Virus record (IMG/VR): IMGVR_UViG_2541047124_000022
Length of the DNA: 14,871 bases
Strand: one strand, 5' to 3'
Source: a virus
Taxonomy: Duplodnaviria; Heunggongvirae; Uroviricota; Caudoviricetes
The notes beneath the pieces are model-generated. The model ran no database searches, was not told the DNA's origin, and was given only the letters and a program-made list of their open reading frames with translations. Positions 1 through 7,240 of this stretch are shown here, piece after piece; the first letter of the stretch is position 1; each line of letters starts with the position of its first letter. The translations under genes were made by a program, and so were the position numbers.

Positions 1-172
1 CTGATTACGCAGTACCTGTTCGATCTTCGCTTTCTCGGATGCCTCACATTCACCATCTGCACAGGCCACCAGGTATGCGGCGTTAATCACCGCCTGTGCC
101 AGATCGCGTTTTTCAAACTTTTTAATTTCCGTTGCCGCTCTGCGGGCTTTTTTTACCAAAAATACCAAACAT
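1..172 (-). CDS. 5' portion of a minus-strand gene running off the window start; product unknown; frame broken at a 7-nt homopolymer
   Basis: ATG at 172-170 with AAGGA SD about 8 nt upstream opens a frame that stops after 16 codons (MFGIFGKKSPQSGNGN). A second frame, offset by one base after the T7 run at 148-154, stays open to position 1 (..KKARRAATEIKKFEKRDLAQAVINAAYLVACADGECEASEKAKIEQVLRNQ). Confidence 0.35.
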
Positions 173-303
173 CGTGACGTTCCTTTGGGTGGGTGAGCCA
201 ACGCCCGGGAGCGATCTGCCCACAGAGAAAGTCACACTGACCACTCCGTAAGCTCCCCCCGAAAGGCTCTGTGGTTGGTATGCGCCGGGCGTGGCGCAGA
301 TAC

Positions 304-329
304 AAAAAAGGCCCGCCGAAGCGAGCCTG
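304..329 (-). terminator. Rho-independent terminator downstream of the tRNA array
   Basis: On the minus strand: 7-bp stem GGCTCGC/GCGGGCC (one mismatch) with a UUCG tetraloop, followed by TTTTTT. Confidence 0.6.
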
Positions 330-340
330 GAAAATAAGTG

Positions 341-417
341 TGGCGCGTTGTACTGGAGTCGAACCAGTGACCGATTGCTTAGAAGGCAATTGCTCTGTCC
401 GGCTGAGCTAAAAACGC
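341..417 (-). tRNA. tRNA-Arg, anticodon TCT (reads AGA), CCA encoded
   Basis: Reverse complement folds as a 77-nt cloverleaf: acceptor GCGTTTT/ACAACGC (one U.C mismatch at 6-67), D arm GCTC/GAGC, anticodon stem ATTGC/GCAAT with loop CTTCTAA, T arm ACTGG-TTCGACT-CCAGT, discriminator G, CCA. Confidence 0.85.
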
Positions 418-430
418 AGAATACCGATAA

Positions 431-507
431 TGGACCGCCATCGGGGACCCGAGCCCCGCGCAGCCAGCTTCGAAGGCTGGCGCTCTGTCACGATGAGCTA
501 ATGGCGG
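431..507 (-). tRNA. tRNA-Arg, anticodon TCG (reads CGA), atypical D and T loops, CCA encoded
   Basis: Reverse complement: acceptor CCGCCAT/ATGGCGG (7 perfect pairs), D stem GCTC/GAGC, anticodon stem CCAGC/GCTGG with loop CTTCGAA, T stem CGGGG/CCCCG, discriminator T, CCA. D loop lacks GG and T loop is CTCGGGT rather than TTCRANY, so it may be a phage-type or degenerate tRNA. Confidence 0.65.
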
Positions 508-514
508 TATGTGA

Positions 515-564
515 TGGTGGCCCTTGCTGGATTTGAACCAGCGACCTGGCGATTATGAGTCGCT
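515..564 (-). pseudogene. 5'-truncated tRNA with CAT anticodon (tRNA-Ile2/Met type); only nt 27-76 retained
   Basis: Reverse complement gives anticodon arm AGCGA-CTCATAA-TCGCC (4 of 5 stem pairs; first pair A-C mismatched), variable AGGTC, T arm GCTGG-TTCAAAT-CCAGC, acceptor 3' strand AAGGGCC, discriminator A, CCA. The expected 5' acceptor strand GGCCCTT and a D arm are absent; the sequence at 565-600 is unrelated and AT-rich. Confidence 0.6.
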
Positions 565-712
565 CTCATCATTTAGCTAAAATGGCTGGGGGAGTGATGA
601 TACATCAGTCACATTAAACATGAAAACAAAATGGTTTTAGGTGAAATACAAAAAGAATAGTGATTAAATATCAAATGGATATGCTTTAAATCTAACCACA
701 GTAAGGACGAGT

Positions 713-1657
713 ATGATTTTTCTCAAGAATGGCGAAAGTTTTATTCGCGTGAATGACTGGGCAGAAATTCAGGCGAGAGAGTCTTACTATCCCAAATTAG
801 AGTTAAATGATCAGCAACTCTCTGACGTTTTTGGTTACTACGATGACCTACCAGAGGAAATTCCATGTGGAAAATCAAATTGCCGCAAAGGGCATAAAAA
901 GGGATTTCTGGTAGTTACGAAAGAAGGATTTGAAACGAATATCGGCCATGTATGTGGAACTAATGTTTTTGGTATAGCCTTTGATAATTTAGCAATAGAA
1001 CTTTGCCGAAAAGCAGATTTCCATCGCTTACTTACCGCACTTAAAGAGGCAAAAGATGATATTTTTAGCTATTACAAACTCAAAGCCAAAATCGAATCTG
1101 GGCGTCCATCACTAACTGAGGTTGCTCATAGAATACTTGACATGAAAGACCCTAAAATCATCGGGCGTGCAGCTTATCAAACATTGAAAAAGATGGCTGC
1201 TTCTGGTGATGGGCGTGTTTTCCGCTCAAGATTAAAAAATACAGAAGAGCTAGAACTGGACGAAATTATGTCCCAGAAGCAAACAAGCGACTCAGCTCCA
1301 AAAGTTAACAACAAAAACAAAACCGTAAATGAACTTATTGGGGTAATACAATACCCTGAATGCTTGCTGAATGATTATGACATTGCTCTTCTTTATGAAA
1401 GAGATATAAAAATGGTTCTGGAAAAATTAAACAAATGTACCCCAGATGAATTGACTGAAAGAGAGGTGTTGTCTTTTGGAATAAAGGTTTCAAGATTAAG
1501 AGAACGCTTTAACTTTGTTCAGGAACGCTTAGAAAAATCCAGGGTTTTTGCAACAAGAGAAAACCTTAAACCTTTACGTGCATTACTTAACATTCAGAAA
1601 TCTGTAAGCAATAAAGACAAATTACTATTTAAGAAATTTATGGAAAATTTACCATAA
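713..1657 (+). CDS. Hypothetical protein, 314 aa; moron-like accessory gene of unknown function
   Basis: ATG at 713 with AAGGA SD 5 nt upstream; long uninterrupted ORF; visibly lower G+C than neighbours; opposite orientation to flanking genes; ends 7 nt before a strong hairpin terminator. No family recognised by eye. Confidence 0.75.
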   Translation: MIFLKNGESFIRVNDWAEIQARESYYPKLELNDQQLSDVFGYYDDLPEEIPCGKSNCRKGHKKGFLVVTKEGFETNIGHVCGTNVFGIAFDNLAIELCRKADFHRLLTALKEAKDDIFSYYKLKAKIESGRPSLTEVAHRILDMKDPKIIGRAAYQTLKKMAASGDGRVFRSRLKNTEELELDEIMSQKQTSDSAPKVNNKNKTVNELIGVIQYPECLLNDYDIALLYERDIKMVLEKLNKCTPDELTEREVLSFGIKVSRLRERFNFVQERLEKSRVFATRENLKPLRALLNIQKSVSNKDKLLFKKFMENLP

Positions 1658-1663
1658 TTAAAA

Positions 1664-1683
1664 AACCCGCTATAAAGCGGGTT
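1664..1683. terminator. Bidirectional rho-independent terminator
   Basis: 8-bp stem AACCCGCT/AGCGGGTT with ATAA loop. T-rich on the plus side (terminates 713-1657) and T-rich on the minus side (terminates the short transcript from the promoter at 1725-1754). Confidence 0.7.
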
Positions 1684-1724
1684 CCGTGTTAATTTTTATA
1701 TTGGCGCTAAACCCCATAATTAAA

Positions 1725-1754
1725 ATGATACAAGACAATTTTATGCAAAGTCAA
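1725..1754 (-). promoter_or_regulatory. Sigma70-type promoter just downstream of the zinc-finger gene, followed about 45 nt later by a terminator (pR'/tR'-like unit)
   Basis: Minus strand: -35 TTGACT (plus 1749-1754), 18-nt spacer, -10 TATCAT (plus 1725-1730). AT-rich -10-like repeats (TAATTAT, TATAAA) lie in the initial transcribed region before the hairpin at 1664-1683. Confidence 0.45.
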
Positions 1755-1793
1755 GTCAGTTGCTCAAAAATCTCTCCGCCAAAGCTGTTCAGA

Positions 1794-2609
1794 TCAGTAA
1801 CTCGTTGCCTTCTCAAATTCTCTAGCCGCATGCCGCTCACCTTGATGCAGGATATCAACCAATTTTTCATAGAATGGTTTCCAATTGCGCGACCATGAAG
1901 ACTGGTGCAGATCGGGAATGTATATTTGAATAGCTCGATGAACATTAGCTGATTTGATAGATACGAATCCCTTTCCACTACAACGCTCGCAGATTTTAAA
2001 CACTGGCACACCACGCTCGCTTGTGGCTTTGCGGTCCAGTACCTCTCCCTTTCCACCACAACGACACCTGGCACTTATCACTCCCTTCCCTTTACATACA
2101 TCGCAAACGACTGGTACAACTTCCGTTACCTCTGTCCATTTTTCCCAGTCTGACGGTCGAACAGCACGGGAGCGACTGGCCCAATATGGTGCTTTACCCC
2201 ATGGGTATGAAACCTTACGAATGACCTGCTTACGGGGTGTTAGTCCGGTACCACTGCAACTATGGCATGTTACGCTGGTGGCCGCCGATCGGGAATACTC
2301 AGCAAAAGCAAACTGAGCCAGTACCAGCATACACCAGCCAAATTCACCACCAGCTGCTTTACGCACATTCTTCGGTGCAATTTCCATCGCGTGACGCGCC
2401 AGCGCCTGGACTGCCATCTGCTCATCAGTCTTGCTGATACCGGCCTTCCCGAAGAAGGCCGCCAGGCCAAACCGCTCACGATTGCTGGTGGTACCAATAG
2501 CCGCCATAACATCGGTGCCTGTAAGACGTTCCGGAGAGGTTCCTTTCACATCGTCGCCGATATACATTCCCTGAGGACTGAAGTATTTTAGCGATGCCTC
2601 AAGCTTCAT
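1794..2609 (-). CDS. Zinc-finger protein with four DnaJ-like CxxCxGxG repeats, 271 aa; possible Q-type late antiterminator by position
   Basis: Motifs CHSCSGTG, CDVCKGKG, CRCGGKG, CERCSGKG. Start overlaps upstream gene stop (TAATG). Last gene of the early-right operon, immediately upstream of the promoter-terminator unit. Confidence 0.8.
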   Translation of the reverse strand: MKLEASLKYFSPQGMYIGDDVKGTSPERLTGTDVMAAIGTTSNRERFGLAAFFGKAGISKTDEQMAVQALARHAMEIAPKNVRKAAGGEFGWCMLVLAQFAFAEYSRSAATSVTCHSCSGTGLTPRKQVIRKVSYPWGKAPYWASRSRAVRPSDWEKWTEVTEVVPVVCDVCKGKGVISARCRCGGKGEVLDRKATSERGVPVFKICERCSGKGFVSIKSANVHRAIQIYIPDLHQSSWSRNWKPFYEKLVDILHQGERHAAREFEKATSY

Positions 2610-3466
2610 TATTCACACTCCCCAACCAGATTGAGAATGACCGCTGCACCGTCGTCTTCCATGCATTCACCCTTACCACTTGCCAGAAACCAGCGGCACA
2701 CCTCCACGGCTTCAGCGCGTGTCACCGGTTTGATAGTTGCCAGCAATTTTTCAAGGTAGCGCTCCCGGTCATATACTGATTCGTGATGCTCAGAGTAACC
2801 AAACTCATCGCCCTGTTCTTTAGTTGCAGTGTGGCGAACACTGTAGAGCCAGTCCCAGTAAACGAACTCGCGAACAACATCAGACAGCGTATAAGGCTCA
2901 GGCAGCACATCGCGATATCCATCAACAAATGCCCGACGCTGTTCATCAATTTCGTTCATGCGGCTGCCGCCAATGCTTCCGGCTTTTTTCTCTGCCGCAG
3001 TCCAGCCCCAGAGATGATCGTTGATAAATTTCTGGGAAGACCTGATGACCCGCTCTGCTTCCACATCTTCGAGCGCTGCTTCATAGCTACCAAACGTAGC
3101 CCTGACTGATGCCGCTTTTTTGATGTTCTCCCGGGCGTTCCTGATAACCTGCGCAGGGTTATCCATGCCGATGATGCCGAACGCAACCTGGAAAGGTTCG
3201 TAACCATTCGCCAGCAGATAACGCGAATAGCGTTCCTGAGCCTCTTTTGGGGAAATTTTAATTTTCACCAGCGCAGCCTCAGCAGCATCCAGATGTGCGG
3301 GTTCGTTCAGACGGATAACCTCCAGCACCCAAAGATAAGCATCAGTCTGCTTATGCCCGGTGATTCTCCGTTGCTCTGGCAGGGGCTTGATGTTTGCGAG
3401 GGCGGAGCTGTACGCTGCCGTCGGGATGGTGAATAGTGCTTTATGTTCGTTGTTATCAGTACGCAT
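2609..3466 (-). CDS. Hypothetical protein, 285 aa, in the replication operon
   Basis: Long ORF translationally coupled at both ends (TAATG overlaps with primase stop and zinc-finger gene start). No recognisable motif. Confidence 0.75.
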   Translation of the reverse strand: MRTDNNEHKALFTIPTAAYSSALANIKPLPEQRRITGHKQTDAYLWVLEVIRLNEPAHLDAAEAALVKIKISPKEAQERYSRYLLANGYEPFQVAFGIIGMDNPAQVIRNARENIKKAASVRATFGSYEAALEDVEAERVIRSSQKFINDHLWGWTAAEKKAGSIGGSRMNEIDEQRRAFVDGYRDVLPEPYTLSDVVREFVYWDWLYSVRHTATKEQGDEFGYSEHHESVYDRERYLEKLLATIKPVTRAEAVEVCRWFLASGKGECMEDDGAAVILNLVGECE

Positions 3467-4434
3467 TACGCAACCGCCTTTTTCTTATGGAAAACCAGCT
3501 CTCGAACCTGATCACCGTTCATGAGCATATTGTTGAAATCATCGTGATCCGGCCAGTACACGCTCACGCGCTGCAGGTCATTCTTTGCCATCAGATTGGC
3601 ATGAGCACATTCGCAAGCCGCAGCCAGCCCGGTGGCGCTGTTCTCGTCACGGTCGGCAAAAATAATCAGGTGCAAAACACCAGTTGGTACGCGGAACTTT
3701 TTCATAAAGCCGCTGTTAATGGTTGCCCAGGTGTTCACGTTATAAATCTGGTGCGCTGACAGCGCTGTTTCGATGCCTTCGGCGATACCCAGAGTGCTGG
3801 CGACAGGAAACATGCGGATAGCTACAGAACGAGCGTGATCCAAATAGTTATCTTCCTGCAGGGATTTGAGGCGCTTTGCACTGCTACCGATATCTGCTTT
3901 TTTATCACCATCAAGCAGAGTCTGGTGCAGATAGCACAACTCCCCTTTATCGTCCGTAGCAAGTGAATAAAGAGACTGGAACACACTCCCGTTGTGTCTC
4001 TGCCTGGCATTGAACCGGATCGCCTCAGCAGGAAGACTGAATATTCCACGAGAATTAAGATACGCTGCGCCGGATGTACCACGCAGTGCCTCCAGTTTTG
4101 AAAACTTGCTCAATACCCGTTTGCGTAAGCTGGTGGCGCTGCTGGTTACCGGGATTTTAACCCGTTGGTAATCATTACCGATCAGGCGGTCTATTTCGGT
4201 ACAAATCTCGTTAAATGGCTTCGCCTGTGTCAGGGTGACAAGTTTCATACCATCGCCACTACCACATACACAGATCCACGTTCCTGCACCGTCGCGGTCG
4301 TCAATTCGGAACTTGCCACGTGCACCGCATACCGGGCATTCACCCTTGAAGTGATTTTTTCCGGTTATCGGCGGCAGACCGAAGTGCTCTAATATTTCAG
4401 GCCAGCGGCCTTTCGCTGCATCTGCTGTTTTCAT
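3466..4434 (-). CDS. DNA primase, zinc-ribbon plus TOPRIM type, 322 aa
   Basis: N-terminal CPVCG...CVCG zinc-binding motif; acidic TOPRIM-like motifs (IAEGIETALS, IFADRDENSATG); start 1 nt after helicase stop. Confidence 0.8.
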   Translation of the reverse strand: MKTADAAKGRWPEILEHFGLPPITGKNHFKGECPVCGARGKFRIDDRDGAGTWICVCGSGDGMKLVTLTQAKPFNEICTEIDRLIGNDYQRVKIPVTSSATSLRKRVLSKFSKLEALRGTSGAAYLNSRGIFSLPAEAIRFNARQRHNGSVFQSLYSLATDDKGELCYLHQTLLDGDKKADIGSSAKRLKSLQEDNYLDHARSVAIRMFPVASTLGIAEGIETALSAHQIYNVNTWATINSGFMKKFRVPTGVLHLIIFADRDENSATGLAAACECAHANLMAKNDLQRVSVYWPDHDDFNNMLMNGDQVRELVFHKKKAVA

Positions 4435-4435
4435 C

Positions 4436-6094
4436 TTACTGACTCAGACTGTTTATATTTTTCTGGAGTTGGTGCTTTGCCTGCATGATGCGCCAGGCCT
4501 CACTGCCTGCCGGTATCTCACGTCGTTCATCACGTTCCTGAGATAAATCAATCGTTGTTTGTGCGTTTTCAGTGACCTTCTGAACCCGCTGGTGGCCTTT
4601 GGCAAACCGGATCAGTTTGTGTCTGATGTAGTTATTTACCTCAGGGGTAATTTCCATCGGAAAGTTACTCAGTCCGTCAGGCCACTCGCCGAACTTTTCC
4701 CGGAAAGTGTGAGCACACCATCCGTCACTGACTGGACGCCCCAGCGAAGCACGCTGGCGCTGATAAAATTTGATCTGACTCCACCAGGACTGTTTCTCTG
4801 CCTTCGTCGACTGATGCTGATTTTTACCCAGCTTATTAAGTTTGCGGCTAGTGTCAGTATCAACGTCTTCACCTCGCAGCGGCTTGTGTCCACATTTCGG
4901 GCAAACATAGACGCCTGCTGGCTTCATGTAGTGGCATTGAGGGCATTCATGTGGCAGTTTTTCGGCCCGTTCCTCAACTGCCCGGCGCGCGCTTTCCTCC
5001 ATGCCGTCAGACTTACCGGGAAGCTCGTCGTACTCGATTGAATCCGGATAACCCAAACGGTGCACGGTGCCGCTGTGATCGAAGATAAGGCAGGACTCTT
5101 TACCCGGTGCGGTGCGAAGCCCACGCCCGAGAGCCTGCAACCAGCGAATTTCGCTTTTTGTTGGCCTGGCGTAGATGATGCAACGAACGTCACTATCGAA
5201 TCCGGCTACCAGAACGCCCACACTAACGATGATTTTCGTTGCACCAGTTTCAAAGCGGTGAATGATGGTCTGGCGCTCATCTACCGGAGTATCTGCGGTC
5301 ATTACCTCAGAGTTAACACCTGCGAGGTTAAACTGGATTGTCAGGTAATTGGCGTGGGCTACGTTGACGCAGAAAGCGATGGTAGGTAGATCCCGACCAT
5401 TCTCCAGCCAGTTCTGTACAATGTCGCCCACCAGCGTAGAGCCGCACATGATTTCAGCCAGCTGTGTTTCGTTGTAATCGCGGCCGTACTCAAGCGAAGA
5501 TGTGGTTTTAACACCTTTCAGATCCGGCTTAGTTGGCGCGTAAAATTCGTATTTACTCAGATCGCCACGCTGGATTAACTCGCCGATGGTGGTCGGTTTA
5601 ATCAGTCGGTCATAGTATTTGCCCAGGAACGGGGAAAACGGAGTACCCGACAGGCCAATCACCTTTACGCCTTTGCCGCGCAGACGTTCGATATCCTTCA
5701 GGATGCGTTTTTTACGCAGGTGCGCTTCGTCGATAATCAGCAGATCGATATTTTCAGGAAAAACACGACGAATAAGCGTATCAGCGCTGGCAATCTGAAT
5801 TTTCCGGTCCGGATCGTAGTTCGGGTGATCCGCCCAGATATAACCGATTTCATCTCCAGGTAAACCATACTGCACGAACCGATTAGCCGTCTGACCAATC
5901 AGGATGGTGTACGGAACACAGAACAGAGCGCGCATACCACGGCTGACAAAACCAGCAACTATGAAGGCTGCCAGACCCGTTTTACCGCTACCTGTTGGCG
6001 AATACACCATGAAGGTGTCGTTTGCCTTCCAGTCACGGCGCAACATGTTTAGCGCTCGTTCCTGTGCAAAATTCGGCGTGATCGTCAGCTCCAT
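4436..6094 (-). CDS. Superfamily-2 DEAH-box helicase, 552 aa; candidate replicative helicase
   Basis: Walker A SPTGSGKT; Walker B LIIDEAH; C-terminal zinc ribbon CPQC...CPKCGH; GGGAG SD 7 nt upstream of ATG. Confidence 0.85.
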   Translation of the reverse strand: MELTITPNFAQERALNMLRRDWKANDTFMVYSPTGSGKTGLAAFIVAGFVSRGMRALFCVPYTILIGQTANRFVQYGLPGDEIGYIWADHPNYDPDRKIQIASADTLIRRVFPENIDLLIIDEAHLRKKRILKDIERLRGKGVKVIGLSGTPFSPFLGKYYDRLIKPTTIGELIQRGDLSKYEFYAPTKPDLKGVKTTSSLEYGRDYNETQLAEIMCGSTLVGDIVQNWLENGRDLPTIAFCVNVAHANYLTIQFNLAGVNSEVMTADTPVDERQTIIHRFETGATKIIVSVGVLVAGFDSDVRCIIYARPTKSEIRWLQALGRGLRTAPGKESCLIFDHSGTVHRLGYPDSIEYDELPGKSDGMEESARRAVEERAEKLPHECPQCHYMKPAGVYVCPKCGHKPLRGEDVDTDTSRKLNKLGKNQHQSTKAEKQSWWSQIKFYQRQRASLGRPVSDGWCAHTFREKFGEWPDGLSNFPMEITPEVNNYIRHKLIRFAKGHQRVQKVTENAQTTIDLSQERDERREIPAGSEAWRIMQAKHQLQKNINSLSQ

Positions 6095-6205
6095 TGTGCA
6101 GCTCCCGTGCTGATGAGATAATAATTTTGTGATGTGGTTTTCATGGATTCCCCCTCACATGGCTGGCGGCCTCCCCAAAGGCTGCCAGCCCCCTTCCGAA
6201 TCAAC

Positions 6206-6568
6206 TCACTTAAATTTCGTCGCACGAATAACGTCAATTCCGTTCTCGCTATATCGAAGAGGGTGCTTACCGTCCCTGAGCAGGACAAAACCTGACATCC
6301 CCTCAGGTAGCTGAGCCAGCTTCATCAACGAACGGTTGCGGGGAGAATTCTTATCGACCTCAATGGCACACTGCTGGCCGTCTGATGATGTAACCAGGCA
6401 ATCAATAAACCCTTTACGACCACCGCTAATGCTGAAATTGCGTTGCAGGTGGTATCCCTGAGACTTGATTTTTTTCTGCATCACATAATCGAAAACGACT
6501 TTGTCATCGGAGCGGATGAATTGCTCTTCCAGGAGAGCGATTAAATTTTGCTTCAGGTCTTCACTCAT
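6206..6568 (-). CDS. Hypothetical protein, 120 aa; possible PD-(D/E)xK / VRR-NUC-like nuclease fold
   Basis: ORF upstream of the helicase in the same operon; segment GFIDCLV...CAIEVDK resembles a nuclease core but is not diagnostic. Confidence 0.5.
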   Translation of the reverse strand: MSEDLKQNLIALLEEQFIRSDDKVVFDYVMQKKIKSQGYHLQRNFSISGGRKGFIDCLVTSSDGQQCAIEVDKNSPRNRSLMKLAQLPEGMSGFVLLRDGKHPLRYSENGIDVIRATKFK

Positions 6569-6583
6569 ACTTTTTATCCATCT

Positions 6584-6761
6584 TGTACTAGCTTTCTGGT
6601 ACAGTCGTTTTTTCAGGGGTATCCCCCTTTAGATCGAGATCTACCTAACCTATGTACCCGTCTGTTGGAAAAGCCTGTTCCAGTGCTTCGCACTAACACA
6701 CGGGCACTCCTCCCCCTCCCCTCCTCTCACTGAATTTTGCGTGTACTCCTTAGCTAGTACA
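6584..6761. repeat. Perfect 10-bp inverted repeat (TGTACTAGCT / AGCTAGTACA) about 158 bp apart, enclosing GTAC-centred repeats and a 22-nt polypyrimidine tract; candidate origin or regulatory region
   Basis: Arms at 6584-6593 and 6752-6761; further GTAC motifs at about 6598, 6652 and 6741; CTCCTCCCCCTCCCCTCCTCTC at 6707-6728. Confidence 0.4.
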
Positions 6762-6816
6762 CAAATGCAATGAGATTTGGGATTCAGCCACCGGACACCT
6801 TTAAGCCCGGTACCAA

Positions 6817-7110
6817 TCAGGAGCGCGATTGCGTTCCTGCCAGGGGCGGCTGAGTTGTATACCCCTGTAAAGCTCTGCCCTGATTTCTCACAAACAAGCG
6901 GAGCCTTGTGTTTGCTTCGTGCCTTGCTCTGTTCTCCTTGCGGAATGAAACAGGCTCAGCGTCAAAAGTGATTTCGTATACCTCCGCATATTTCAGGGCG
7001 ACCTTCCGTCTCAGTGACGGAGGCAGCCCCTGTAACTGCTGCTGAATCCACTCTTCGTCTGCCTGGCAGTACCTAGATGGCATTTCAACCCTGACTAAAT
7101 CCTGTTGCAT
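6817..7110 (-). CDS. Hypothetical early protein, 97 aa
   Basis: ATG 3 nt after the upstream small ORF stop; position between cro-like gene and replication genes. No recognisable motif. Confidence 0.55.
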   Translation of the reverse strand: MQQDLVRVEMPSRYCQADEEWIQQQLQGLPPSLRRKVALKYAEVYEITFDAEPVSFRKENRARHEANTRLRLFVRNQGRALQGYTTQPPLAGTQSRS

Positions 7111-7113
7111 GGC

Positions 7114-7233
7114 TTACTCTTCCCGCTTCGCTATGAGGTTATAAACCCCGCTGATCGGGTCATACCATATGCTGCGTGGCAGCAGCTTCTGGAAGTAGCG
7201 CGGATCTGGCATTACGGTTGACTGTTGTGACAT
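7114..7233 (-). CDS. Small hypothetical protein, 39 aa
   Basis: ATG at 7233 with AGGTG SD 4 nt upstream, starting 7 nt after the cro-like stop. The longer tracked ORF (to 7347) overlaps the cro-like gene in another frame. Confidence 0.35.
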   Translation of the reverse strand: MSQQSTVMPDPRYFQKLLPRSIWYDPISGVYNLIAKREE

Positions 7234-7240
7234 GTCACAC

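Noticed and set aside
173-303. A further tRNA downstream of tRNA-Arg(TCT)
   Set aside because: Several short inverted repeats (CACAGAG...CTCTGTG, GCGCC...GGCGC) are present, but no acceptor/D/anticodon/T arrangement can be folded; more likely a promoter or leader region for the gene starting at 172.
153-536. Tracked ORFs 153..389 (-) and 291..536 (+)
   Set aside because: They overlap the tRNA genes and terminator and have no ribosome-binding sites; treated as chance open frames.
340-600. Possible tmRNA (ssrA) gene as a prophage attachment site
   Set aside because: The sequence does not resemble the tmRNA body or tag-coding region; it resolves cleanly into two canonical-length tRNAs plus one tRNA 3' fragment.
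713-1657. HEPN-like R-x4-H motif (RKADFH) in the moron protein
   Set aside because: A single short motif is far too weak to assign a HEPN nuclease fold; not used for annotation.
1751-2591. Tracked ORFs 1751..2074 (-), 1954..2316 (+), 2021..2224 (+), 2237..2437 (+), 2262..2591 (+), 2270..2512 (-)
   Set aside because: All lie inside or antisense to the zinc-finger gene, which is supported by operon coupling and motifs; no independent start signals.
6085-6288. Tracked ORF 6085..6288 (-) overlapping the end of the 120-aa gene and the helicase leader
   Set aside because: Starts inside the 120-aa gene in another frame; only its last 19 codons lie in intergenic DNA; no SD for the long form.
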